A DNA stretch of 64,000 nt from Octopus sinensis. Lineage: Eukaryota. Each line of letters opens with the position of its first letter. Within the stretch, counting starts at the first letter, position 1. Where the stretch lies: contig NC_043015.1 in NCBI RefSeq assembly GCF_006345805.1, positions 19,964,001-20,028,000 of the forward strand. The letters run 5' to 3'. Positions 51,834 to 64,000 of the stretch are shown here, piece after piece. The notes below the pieces were generated by a model, which was not told the origin of the DNA, ran no database searches, and saw only the letters and a list, made by a program, of their open reading frames with translations. The position numbers and the translations under genes are program-made.

Positions 51834-51864
<31 letters not shown>

Positions 51865-54271
51865 GTATAAGGGTGAAAAGGAACACACGAGTTGATATAT
51901 ATGAAAAAACAAGTAAAAAATAGAAAATGCTAAAATAATTTTATAGTGAACATTTCAGTACCGGTTTCGGTCATTTTGAGACCTTTTCAACTGTAACGAT
52001 TAAATAATTAAATTTAGAAAAATTAGAAGAAAAGTTTCTGCAGAAAATTAAGACTTACTGAGGAGCTATACGATAAATACAACGAGGACGAATCGTTAGC
52101 CAGAAATAGGAGTAACTACACCCCCTCGAAAGGTAAGAATAAAACACTTGATGATTTCTGTGACCACATATCAAATTACCCATATCAACATATGCACAAA
52201 CAAAAACACAAACCAAACTTCAGCAAAAAAGAATGGGCTGAGTTGAACAAATTAAAACTAGATAAAACAATAACAATCAAAGAGGCCGATAAAGGGAGTG
52301 CTGTTGTCTTAATGGATACGACATTTTACATAACTTTGGTACTTTCTATGCTGGAAGACACAACATACTATGAAAAGGCACAAAACTACAGTCAACAAAA
52401 AATAATGAGGGAACTAAATCCATATTAAACCCATACAAAGCAGGGCTAACCGACAAAGAATATGATTATATGACCAATTTCACAAGTAAAACTAGCCAAT
52501 TCTACGGTATACCTAAGATCCACAAAAGTGAAAAAATAAGCAACGCATGCAAGATAGCTACAGACAAAATAATTAAAGTCCCTAATCCTAATGACCTCAA
52601 ATTGAGACCCATAATAGCAGGTCCCGCATGCGAAACCCACCGCCTCAGTAACTTTTTAGACACCCTGTTAAAACCACTCCTCAAACATGTCAAAAGCTAT
52701 ATAAGGGACGACTTAGATATGCTCAATCACCTACCGAATACTATAAACAAAAACACCATACTGGTATCCTTCGATGTAGTCAACCTCTACTCCAATATCC
52801 CCCACAACCTAGGACTAGAGGCAATCCAATTCTGGCTAGAGAATCACGCCAACGAACTACCACACCGCATCAAAAAAGAATTGTGATAGAAGGGGTTAAA
52901 TTCATCCTGGAAAATAACTTCTTCGCCTTCAATGACAACTTCTACCGACAAAAATCGGGGACTGCGATGGTACACGAATGGCCCCCTCCTTTGCCAACCT
53001 AGTCATAGGATACCTAGAGATCAGTCTGTATCGTAAGGTTCTAGAAAGATATGGCAGCCCTTTCTCCATCTACATAGAAAACAACTGGAAGAGATATCTA
53101 GATGACTGTTTCATCCTTTGGCATAAAAATATAGAAAAACTCATAGAATTCCAGAAAATTTTAAACGGACTGGACGTAAACATCCAATTCACGATGGAAT
53201 ATAGCCAACAACAACTCCCCTTCCTCGATATCCTCATTAAGAAAGCTAATAATATAATAGAAACAGACATATACTATAAGCCTACAGACTCTAAGCAATA
53301 TCTTCCATTCAATTCATGCCACCCCAGACACACCAGGATGAATATCCCCTTCAATCTAGCAAAAAGGATATGCACTATAGTCTCTAACGCAAACACCAGA
53401 GACACACGACTACAAGAACTAAAAGATACCCTAATCACCAGGAACTATCCACCTTCACTTATTGACAAATGCATTCAACGTGCCCTTCAACTTAACATCA
53501 AGGAACTGAGACATCCCAAATCAAAGAAAAACTTACAACCAAAAGCCTTACCATACATCTCCACACACAACCCTCTCAATAACGAAGCCTTCGACACCAT
53601 CCTCCACAACATACCCCTCCTAAAAAAAGACCACAGAATGAACACAATCCTCCAAACACACACGATCATAAAAAGCAAAAGACAGCCTAGATCCATGAAA
53701 AGTCTCCTTACACAAGCCCGAATTCACTCTTCAACACAGAAGCCGACAGTAAAAAAATGTGGAAGACCCAATTGCGGGATATGCGACTATCTAATCGAGG
53801 GTTCTGAGTTCTCCTTCAAACAGGGACAACGTTTTACAGTGAAAAGCAACTTCACATGTGCTTCGGAGAACCTAATATACTCACTAACCTGCTCCGGGTG
53901 TCAAGAGCAGTACATAGGCCAAACAAAAAATGGTTTGCGTAAACGAATGGCCCTGCACAGATCCCAGATAAAAATTCCCCAAAACAGAAAAATAGCTTTT
54001 AGCCAACACATAGATACTTGCGCCAACAAAAAAACACCAAACTTCAGAATTTTCCCCCTCTACCAATTTAGGGACGATACAACCTCGAGACAACGAATAA
54101 GTAAAGAAAATCTCTTTATTACAAAATACAAGCCACTTCTTAACGGGTCTACGACAAACAATTAATATACCTCAACTTTAGAATAAAAGAAAAAAATATA
54201 TATACACACACAAATACTACACTCCATAGAATCCATTACTAATCAGCCCCTTCATAGCTATATTTACACCC

Positions 54272-54520
54272 ATCATATTCTCCCTCTCTGTTTTTTTCTT
54301 CTTCTTCTTCTTCTTTCTCTCTTCTTCATCATCATCGTTATCATCATCGGCATCATCATCATCGCCACCATCATCACCACCATCTTCTCCTTCTCCTCCT
54401 TCTTCTTCTTCTTCTTCTTCATCATCATCGTTATCATCATCATCGTCGTCATAATCATCACCACCATCACCATCATCGTCATCTTCTCCTTCTCCTTCTC
54501 CTTCTTCTTCTTCTTCTCCA
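54272..54520. repeat. Compound (CTT)n/(CAT)n/(CAC)n microsatellite inside the PLE 3' region; other microsatellites include (GA)n 594-618, (TA)n 3220-3270 and 31580-31640, (TTA)n 8490-8550, (GAT/GGT)n 32184-32305
   Basis: Directly visible low-complexity repeats. Confidence 0.9.
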
Positions 54521-54864
54521 CCCCCTACCCCTTAAGTTTGTCACTAATGTTTTTTAGTATAACACCTACGCTAATTCTATAAACAAGCCTGTCAATATAA
54601 ATATTCTCCTGAATTGAACTGAGACTGCCAGCCGCCACTGACCATTCAAAATACGACCATCAGGGCACTCCAGATTCTCCCACCCCCTTTCCTCACCAGC
54701 CTTCCCTCTACTACCCTACCAAGAACTCACAACTACCTCGAACACACAAGTGCAAACAAGGGAGTCAGAGAAAGGCAGAAAGCCACTAAATCTGAACACT
54801 ACTATAGAAATATTCTTTTAAAAAAACTTTTCTTCTAATTTTTCTAAATTTAATTATTTAATCG

Positions 54865-54908
54865 TTACAGTTGAAAAGGTCTCAAAATGACCGAAACCGG
54901 TACTGAAA
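54865..54908 (+). ncRNA. Minimal type I hammerhead ribozyme motif (U3-A8 variant) in the PLE terminal repeat; identical inverted copy at 51953-51996 (-)
   Basis: CAG-UUGAAAA-GGUC(UCAAAAU)GACC-GAA-ACCGGU-A-CUG: stem I, core, 4-bp stem II, palindromic stem III, GUA cleavage triplet. Confidence 0.7.
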
Positions 54909-54953
54909 TGTTCACTATAAAATTATTTTAGCATTTCTATTTTTTACTTGTTT

Positions 54954-54995
<42 letters not shown>

Positions 54996-55181
54996 GTGAG
55001 TCATCTGAGAGACTATTAGTCAGGGAGAAGATGCACTTGTATATCTGTCAGTAGAGTGAGTATATTATCTGAATTTCACTCGTATTTTGTATGCAAAACT
55101 GATTGGTAAGATCAGCTGTGATGGATATTTAATACTGTAAAATTTGGATTATATATGTGCATATATATATATGTGTGTGTG

Positions 55182-55231
<50 letters not shown>

Positions 55232-56180
55232 CATACACACATACCACATACACACATACATATGTTTGACCAAATTTCACTCACAAGGCATTGGTTAAGC
55301 AAGTCTTATGACATTGACACTTGGTCAATGTGCCATGCAATGGGACTGAACCCAAACCCATGTGGACGAGAAGCAAACATCTTACCACAGTGCCACACCT
55401 ATTTTATCTGGTCAAAAATTCAGAATAGAAAAAGAAAAAGTAACCACAAACCCATAAGGAACCTCTGTGTGGTCACTAAATCTGCTAGAAATAGCATCTA
55501 AATCATAGTCTTCCTCAATTCTTTTCAAACACTGCCCTGCTAGGCACTGGAATCTCTGTTTGCCACAAATTTTAGAATTAAGACTTACGACATAAGAAAT
55601 TCCTTGCTAATGTTTAAACATATTCAAAAACGATTTACTAATAATTTTATTAAACAGAAGTATGATTAATAAAAGAAAGTCGGTAATAGCTTTTATATAT
55701 TTTTCTATGAATTCCTAGTTTCTACAGTTTCCTACAAGTGGATTCTGTCTGAAGAATTTCTAATAGGATACAACTTTGTACTTTCTATTAGCAAATGAAA
55801 CGAGTAATGGTGAATAAATAATACGAAAAAATGTTTCCAACTTCCTCTTTTGATATATAATTACTCTACAAACAATATTTCTAGAATGTTCAACTCATAT
55901 GTACCCCAACATCAATATAACTACAAATTGGATAGTAATACTGGAATAAACAGGTGTGCTTCAGCAGGATACGCCTTGGATTTTACCATACCTACATAAT
56001 ATTCATAGTTTGCTATATTTATAACATTTTAAACTGATAGTTAAAAAGGAAAAAAAAAAACTTTCAATGTGAACTGTACCAGTAATTGACAATTAGTTCG
56101 GACATTTAATTGCAGGAGAAATAAAAGAGTTAGCAAGGGAGAGAACTCTGTAATCGATGTCACCTTGAAATTTCGACAAG

Positions 56181-59100
56181 ATGGAGGCCAACGTGAGTAA
56201 AACGGGCCAGGAAGCCCTCGTCGCCCCAGATGAAAAGCCATGGCAAAAGAAAAGGAGACTGGCTAGGTTGGCTGAGTTCAAGGGCAGTCAATATCCGCCT
56301 TTTTCTATTGAGCCAATGCCTCATGAGCGCCATCGTCTCGATGGTAAAGGCATGACAGATGCAGATCGACAACTCAGAAAACAATGGTTACTCGATCAGA
56401 ACCTGTCCCCGAATGAACCACGTTATGTCCCTGAAGTTCACCCGAGGAATGTATTTAAAAGGATTGGTTCAATGCCCTTTGAAGCCCTCTACAAGGTAAC
56501 TACAATAGTTGCTTATTTTACATTTTATTATTTCCTTATTTTCTTCTTGGAAGATGATATTAACAAATATAAAAACAAAGTGTCATTAATTGTTTGTGTT
56601 GTGGTTGTACGACCGTTTGATATGATTTATTGTTCAACCCAAGGTCAATCCTGAACAAACCTATGATCAAGGACGTTCTAAGACTACATTATCCTACATG
56701 TTTTTCCTTTAATATAGTAGAATGCGATCTGAAGTAGAGTTAGCTGTTATTTCAGGCAGACCGACTGGTTTATGTTATTATATTTTTTAATTTAATGATT
56801 CCAACTCCGTATTATTGTTTCGGACCGTAAAGTATTCAGGATACCAGTTTTATTTAGTACCTGTACGCTATTCAAATGCCAAATAGCCGTGTGGCTGATG
56901 GGTTAATAAAATGCAACTAGACAGATTGTGACCTCTAAACCCAGATTGGCTCCGATGGAGCGGACCTGTGATCAGAGACATTCTAGGTGTGACTATCCTG
57001 TCTTTTTCATAGCACAGCGCACCGAAGATCACATTGGTGTAGTTCTTTGTTTTTAAATCGTTTGAAGGTGATTTTACTGTTATTTCTGACAACTCTTGTT
57101 ATTTTGACTTTTTTATTGTGTATTTAGAAAAGGAGAATCACTATATAACGACTTCAGTGTTCACTTTGTTGGGAATAGAAAATAGGAATTTTCACTGAAA
57201 TTCAAGGTTGACCCCTCCCCCAATATTTTTAATCAAAACGGTCAGAGCAATAACACTTTAGATCAGAGGTTTGCTCGATCAGGTCCTACCTAGTGTTAAA
57301 CAGCATGTAACATATTAGCTAATGTTGACTGGTGTAAGAAACATACTGCTCCACATTATTATAATTCTACACACATGTGTATCCATTCCCAGTTGGAATC
57401 TTTCTCCATTTTCTTCCCCCTCCCCCGCCCACTTATATGATGCAGGGTAGCTTTGTACCTCTTCTATAGCAAGACACCTAAACTTATCCTTCTATCACGC
57501 TCTAGCCTTTCAGCATCCAGCACAGAACCCTCTCTTCACCCTCTCAAATACTACCCCACCATCAGTTCAGTTGGGAATACTTTTTCTTTCTCCCTGTTCT
57601 TTTCTTTTCTTGTCTTGTAAGACACTTGACAACCCCACTAGTACTGGTGGCATTAAAAAAAATCACCCAGTGAACCCTGCAAAATGGTTGGTGTTAGGAA
57701 GAGCATCTAGCTGTAGAACCATGCCAAAACTGGCACTGAAACTTGATGCAATGCTGCAGATTGCTGGATCCTGTCAAACATTCCAGCTCATGCCAGAATG
57801 TTGGACGTTAAGTGTTGATGGTGACCTTAATCCCTGTCTCTAATCATATCACACTCTACTCACACTCTCGTGGACTTAGCTACCCACCCAACTTTTCTCT
57901 TCTTTTATCTCTATTCCCTCTCTGTCTCTCTTTCCAGCTAAGGAACCCATGTATCTCTGTAGCAAGATAATTTTTCCTGTCCTTCTATCTGACTTTCATC
58001 TCTCCCTTTATACATTTATACCTACCCATCCAACTTTTCTCTTCCTTTATCCTTATTCCCTCTCTTATATTCACCTTGTACCTTGAGGCTTTCATCATTG
58101 CTCTCTTTCCAGCTGAGGAACCTCTGTATCTCTGTAGCAGGATAATTTTTCCTGTCCCTCTATCTTACTTTCATCTCTCTCTTTATACATTCATACATTT
58201 CAGTGTTGTGTACTAATGTGAACAAATGCTAACAAACCAAAGTAGAAAACTTTCAAATGAATGCCAAATATTATAGCAACTCCAGTGTGGAAGATAGACA
58301 TATTAGCCATTCCTAAAATGTTAACGACAGTTAATCATTTATTATTTGATCTCAAGATTTTCGTCTTTGTCTGCAACTTGGTTGATGATGCAGTGGAGTT
58401 GCAATAGAACTGTATCTGTGATCAGGTTGCAGTTGGTGCAATGGAAAGTTTGATGCCAAATAATGTTTAACCGATTAGCATTTAAACTGACCATATCTTG
58501 CCCAAATACTCTACCCATTTATGTTCAAGGTGGTCAGATCCAGCTTCTCACACATACCCTAAAATGTTATTCTAAAAATAAACAGTCATATCGTTCCTGG
58601 TTCAGTCCCACTGCATAACACCTTGGGCAAGTATTTTCCACTATAGCCATGGGCCAGCCAAAACATTGTAAGTGGATTTGCTAAATGAAAACTGAAAGAA
58701 GCCCACCGTGTGTGTCTCTCTCTATGTATATATATATATATAGATCTGTGTCATTTTTGAGCTAATTGTTAGAGGCTCTCGTACAGCTCTGAGTTCTTCA
58801 TCCTCAGAGCCCACCTCAGTATTCTTGTGTAGCACTCATCCACCATCTGAGTGAGTTTCTTGGTCAGTGTCCAAGTCTCAGACCTGTACAACAGCATAGA
58901 CTCCACTACAGCAACAAAGGGATGGATCTTCAGGTCTTTACGAAGGTCTGACTTCCATACAGATCTCAAACTATGGCATGCCACCCAGACTTTGAGCTTC
59001 CTCTCAACTATATCACTCTCTGTGTTCCCAATCTTTGCTCCCAGATACAGGAAGTCCTTAACTAACTTTAGTGGCTTCCCACCTACATTCATAATCTACT

Positions 59101-60002
59101 CTGGCTTCTTAATGATCTCTATCAGATACTTCATCTGAATCTCATTCATTTTCAGCCTCACACTCATTGACACAGTCTCCACCCACTGCATCAACTTCTC
59201 TGCCTCCCACACTGCGTTTGTCAGCAAAACAGCATCTGATATCTTTTTAGCCCTCACCCTCCTGCTCTGCTCCACATTATTAATAATACTAATAAAAACA
59301 AGAGCACTCAGAGAGTGCAAACCTCCACCAAGGCAACACCAATGTCCTCTCAACAATTAGCTGGAGATGATTTTTAAAATGAGAATATCTTAAATAAATT
59401 TGACTGCTCTCACAAACGAGAATACTAAAAATGAACCTGACCACTTTCAAAAATTAAATAAAAAAGCAGGAAAAATAATCCAGAATCCTTGTCCAGTACC
59501 AGATCGATCCCAAAATCTAATCAGTCATGAGCTAGTCATGAGGCCAAACATTCCTGAAAGTTCCATCTGAATTCATCCAGTGGTTCTTGAGATATCTTGT
59601 CCATGGACAAACAAACACAAGTGAAAATAATACCTCCACCTTCGCTAAGGCAGAGGTAATAATAGTATATAGATGTTTTAACATTTTTCTTACAAAACTG
59701 TTTTTCTTTCTCTTTTCTAGGTATTGAAACCAATTATCGGTGTAAAACCAGCTCTAGTTGTTCGTCGCAGTTCTCCATGGATTCTTGGAATTTACGGTAC
59801 TCTATGTGCTTCCTATTACTTTCTCAAATATCAGCCTAATGACTGGACGAAAGCCAGTGGCTTCTACGTACGGAGTATACAACCGCAATATACAATGGGT
59901 ATGGCAAAACCTTTCCCTGAAAAAGAAGCAGCTGATTACTATGACAAAGGGTTCAAATCTCGGCAAGTGCTACTCAATCCCAAAACTAGCTACATTGAAT
60001 AA
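56181..60002 (+). CDS. NDUFB6: NADH dehydrogenase (ubiquinone) 1 beta subcomplex subunit 6 (B17), 198 aa. Exons 56181-56495 and 59721-60002
   Basis: FSIEPMPHERHRL..GMTDADRQLRKQWLLDQNLSPNEPRYVP...RNVFKR and YYFLKYQPNDWTKASGFYV...DYYDKGF match recalled invertebrate NDUFB6 (RAWRKQWLKDQEL; AYYFKYNQNDWT..GGW; DYAARGF); phase-0 GT-AG intron. Confidence 0.9.
57888..58195 (+). repeat. Imperfect tandem duplication (~135/170 bp) in the NDUFB6 intron
   Basis: Two copies of CCAACTTTTCTCTTC...CTCTTTCCAGCT.AGGAACC..TGTATCTCTGTAGCA.GATAATTTTTCCTGTCC...TTTATACATT.ATA. Confidence 0.8.
58770..59290 (-). mobile_element. RTE-clade LINE RT C-terminal fragment in the NDUFB6 intron
   Basis: VKDFLYLGAKI...VVESMLLYRSETWTLTKKL...YTRILRWAL; upstream degenerate SDAVLL (ADD motif) and LKMN. 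Confidence 0.75.
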
Positions 60003-61857
60003 TTCTCAAGGGAAACTGCTATAAAGACCTATGGACCTTTAGATTTTTTTTTTATCTAGTTGAAGAAACTGAGTCCTGTGATTTTAAGGAAGGTTATTAT
60101 ATTTGTTAGAGGTACTGCCTCCTTCAGAGGTCTTTAACAAATATTTAAAAAAATCAAAAAAGGAAACAGTGTAAAAGAAATTTATTAAAATTGAAAATTT
60201 ATTAAATAATTGTTTCTTTGTGTGATAATTTAAGGGTAGTCCCACTGGTTCTCCTACAGTGTGATGTGTTGCATTGGTGTGTTGGCACAAGTTTAGCTGT
60301 AAGGTTAAGAAGTTTGTCTTTTGCAACCTCATGGTTTTCAGTTCAAAGTGCCACTGTGCAGCAATTTGAACAAATTTCTTCTACTATAACCCTGGGTCAA
60401 CCAAGGCTTAGTGAATGAATTTGGTTGACAGAATCCATACAAACTTTGACGTAAAAAATATAGGTATGACTCTGTGTTTGAGTGATTCACGTTGAAACCT
60501 AATTTTGGATTTAGTCTCATTGCATGACACCTTGGGTAAGTGTCTTCTATTATAGCCCTGGGTTGACCAAAGTCTTGTGAGTGGATTTGAAAGATGCCCT
60601 TTGTATATATCATCATCATCATCATCGTTTAACATGCTGGTATGGGTTGGACGGTTCAGCTTGGGGTCTGGGAAGCCAGGAGGCTGCACCAGGCTCCAAT
60701 CTGATCTGGCAGTGTTTCTACAGCTGGATGTCCTTCCTAATGCCAAATACTCAGAGTGTAGTGGGTGCTTTTTACATGCCACTGGCACAGGGGCCAGAGG
60801 GGGCTGGTATCGACCACGTTTGGGTGGTTGGTGCTTTTACATGCCACCATGTGTACATATTTGTGTCTCCTTGTCTTGACATCACAAGAGATGAAATATT
60901 TTCCTCAAGAACAAAACACACTACACAGTCTGCGAATCAAAGTCACTATCTCTGGATCTCGAGTGCAAAACACACTAACCGCTAGGCCACATGCCCTCAC
61001 ATATATATATGTGTAGCTTTATTCAAGTTGTTGCACACTGCTGTCATTTGAAGTGAACTCCGTGAATAAAGCTACAGAAGAACATACGTGATGCAAATGG
61101 AAACCACATTGCAAGATATCAGTGCAGCAGAAACGTCTGTCAGACACATTTAACTTAAGTAGGAGTAGCTATATAGGTGCAAGAGTGGCTGTGTGAATAT
61201 AGGCACAGGAATGGCTTTCCAACCACATGGTTCCAGGTTCAGTCCCACTGCATGGCACCTTGGGCAAGTGTCTTCTACTATAGCCTTCAGCCAATCAAAT
61301 CCTTGTGAGTGGATTTGGTAGATGGAAACAGAAAGAAGCCTGTCATATATATATTTGTGTGTCTGTGTTTGTCCCCACCACCATTGCTTGACAACCAACA
61401 TTGCTGTGTTTATGTCCCCGTAACTTAGTGGTTCAGTAAAAAAAAACAATAGAATAAGTACTAGGCTTACAAAGAATAAGTCCTGGGATTGATTTATTCG
61501 ACTAAAAACAGTGCTCCAGCAAGGCCGCAGTCAAGTGACTGAAACAAGTAAAAGAGTATAATTGACTGTAATAATACAAAATGTATAGATGTATTATTCT
61601 CCTTGTTCACTGATTTGCCTTATATATATCTGCAGTTCTTGGTGGTCTAAATTGGATATGCAATCTATGTGGGTAGCTTTCCAAAACATTGTCTGGTTTT
61701 AAAAAGCCACATCTTATGATTTTAGAATCGTGGTTCTCAACCATTTTCTCACCTTCGGACTTCTCTGATTGCTATTTTATTTGGGTGGAGTCTCATACCC
61801 ATTCAATGTTTAAAGCAGTACCATTATACTTTCATAATTAAATAATATTAGAAACTC

Positions 61858-62255
61858 ATCATCATCATCATCATTTAACGTCCGTTGTCCATGCTGGCAT
61901 GGGGTGGACTGTTTGACTGCGCTGGCATGTTGGATGGCTGCACCAGGATCCTGTCTGATTTGGCATGGTTTTCTATGGCTGGATGCCCTTCCTAACGTCA
62001 ACCACTCTGAGAGTGTAATGGGTGCTTTTACATGCCATATGCATGACACCAGTATCTACCATGACTTTGATTTTGCTCAGCTTGAAGGGTCTTCTCAAGC
62101 ATGACATAATGCCAAAGGTCTTGGTCAATGCCTCTATGAGGCCCAATGTTTGAAAGGAACTCAGCTACCTCACCTCTGTGAGGCCCAACACTCAAAAGGA
62201 ATTCAGCCACCTCGCCTCAGTGAGGCCCATTTGAAAGGAACTCAGCCACTTTGCT
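61858..62255 (-). mobile_element. RTE-type 3' fragment including the ORF C-terminus and three ~41-bp tandem repeats (about 62130-62250)
   Basis: Translation ...DQDLWHYVMLEKTLQ resembles the RTE ORF end; repeated GAGGCCCA...AAAGGAA(C/T)TCAGC. Confidence 0.7.
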
Positions 62256-62816
62256 GTTAGAATATTTTGTGTAATGAAGAAGTATAAACAATTTGTTACA
62301 GATAAATTTTAACAAAATCTTATATGGAAACAAGTTGGGAAATACTGAATTAGAACATTCTGCTTGAATGTAAATGGTGGTTTTAGAGGATAATCTATTT
62401 GTGAATATATTAAATTTCGGCTGTGCTTTGGTGCTTAGTGCAATTTCCAGAAACAGATGGACTGAAACAAATTAAGAACAACTAAAAAGCAGATCAAGTG
62501 CAGGTTTGTGTTCAGAGTTTGCAACTAATATCATCATCATCGTGATCATTTAGTGTCCATATTCCATGCAGGCCTGGGTTGGATGGTTCAACGGGATTTG
62601 ACTGGCCACAGGTAATATTGACCTAAATGTTGTGACTATAACAATCAAAACAAGGACCCTAATCCAAATATCATTATCATTTTAACATCTACTTTTTCAT
62701 TCATGGGTCAGAATTCACTGACTGCCAGATGCCTTCCCTTTTTTGGCAAGGTTTCTATGGTTGGACACCCTTCCTAATACCAACCACTTTTCAGAGTTTA
62801 CTCTTCTTTTTGATAA

Positions 62817-63815
62817 CTACATATAGCCATCTGAAATGAGTCTAAGGCCCTGTCCATCAGTTGTTAGATATATTCATGCATGTGGACACAATCAGGATGC
62901 CTGCTGCATCCCTTCCTGCTGGTCACAGCTTCATAGTTTCCATTACAGCTGTCCATGTCACATCTTACAGCTTTTATAATGTTCACAGAGCATCATCATT
63001 ATCGTTTAACATCCGCCTTCCATGCTGGCATGGGTTGGACGGTTTGACAGGAGCCTGCACCAGCCTTCTTAAAGAAACAAGATCTGCACTGTTTTTTTCT
63101 TTCGGGTGGAGGTGGGTGGGGGAATCAGGTCATTGAGTTAATTGCCATGTGTTTTAAGAAGTTCTCTTTCCAAGCGTGTGATTTTGGGCCCAATCCTAAC
63201 ATGTGGCACATTGGTCAACTGTCTTCTCCTTTAGCCCTAAAACCAACACACTGCTTTTACTGACTTACCTTAATATGTACACTAAATGAAGTCAGATTTT
63301 TATCAGTCAATGGTTTATACAAGATGTTTGGGTTAAATTTGATGATTTTTACTATGTTCCCTTGAAAAAAAATTTGAGTAAGGTCATTGCCAGTGCCACT
63401 GGACTGGCTCCTGTGCAGGTGGCATGTAAAAACACCATTTGAGCATGGCCGTTGCCCATACCGCCAAACTGGCCCTTGTGCTGGTGGCATGTAAAAGCAC
63501 CCACTACGCTCTCGGAGTGGTTGGTGTTAGGCAGGGCATCCAGCCATAAGAACCATGCCAAATCAGACAGTCTGGTGCAGACTCCTGTCAAATCGTCCAG
63601 CCCATGCTAGCATAGAAGGCGGATGCTAAATGATGATGATGATTATCTGTGAACACTGTAAAAGCTGTGAGATGTGACATGGACAGCTGTAATGGAGACT
63701 ATGAAGCTGTGACCAGTAGGAAGGAATACAGGAGGCATCCTGATAGCGTCCACATGCACAAATACATCCAACAACTGGACAGGGCCTTACATTCATTTTA
63801 GATGGCTATATGTAG
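62817..63815. repeat. Diverged inverted duplication, arms 62817-63062 / 63570-63815
   Basis: About 170 bp of apparently unique sequence plus the adjacent RTE tail are mirrored (CTACATATAGCCATCT... / ...AGATGGCTATATGTAG). Confidence 0.8.
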
Positions 63816-64000
63816 CTGCAGGAGACTGTAGTCAAATCCTGGCTGGAGAGGTTTGCTGCTGGAAGACCATATGTGTGGCAGCAGGATTTGACTCTTTGAC
63901 ATATCTCTAGAAAGAGTCAAGTGTTGTTGGAGAATTTCTACAACTTCACCGGCCCCAATTTCTGGTCTCCTAATTCCCCTGATTATAATCTCCTGGATTA

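Larger units (their letters stand above)
51802..55016 (+). mobile_element. Penelope-like retroelement (probably Neptune-type), 5'-truncated, RT plus GIY-YIG endonuclease (coding about 52045-54165, three 1-nt frameshifts), with inverted terminal repeats 51802-52030 / 54820-55016
   Basis: IKEADKGSAVV, FYGIPKIHK, LRPIIAG, LVSFDVVNLYSNIP, GTAM(G)TRMAPSFANL, RYLDDCF, LPFLD; Cys-rich linker CGRPNCGIC, then LIYSLTCSGCQEQYIGQT...LH...QH (GIY-YIG with CCHH); both ends contain (TA)n. Confidence 0.93.

Overview
AT-rich, repeat-dense eukaryotic DNA, most consistent with an octopod cephalopod (Octopus sp.), judged from the repeat families, microsatellite load and a KRAB-less tandem C2H2 gene. Five protein-coding genes can be reconstructed with in-phase GT-AG splice sites: the 3' seven exons of ALG9 (+, 466-8143), a single-exon 10-finger C2H2 zinc-finger gene (-, 20067-20933), the complete 11-exon PSMA1 (-, 26618-40606) with two U12-type introns, a DDIAS-like OB-fold gene with an uninterrupted 1440-aa CDS (+, 42832-47154) head-to-head with PSMA1, and a 2-exon NDUFB6 (+, 56181-60002). 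The rest is tRNA-derived SINEs, RTE-type LINE fragments, piggyBac/mariner/hAT-like MITEs and microsatellites. The most striking non-genic signal is a set of Penelope-like element (PLE) structures with hammerhead-ribozyme motifs. It includes a possibly intact RT+GIY-YIG PLE (51802-55016) with a U3-A8 variant hammerhead in inverted terminal repeats. It also includes three copies of a palindromic non-autonomous element that joins a Pol III tRNA-like head to a hammerhead-bearing tail. Most short ORFs in the supplied track are artefacts of microsatellites and repeats. All calls are by eye; no searches or folding programs were run.
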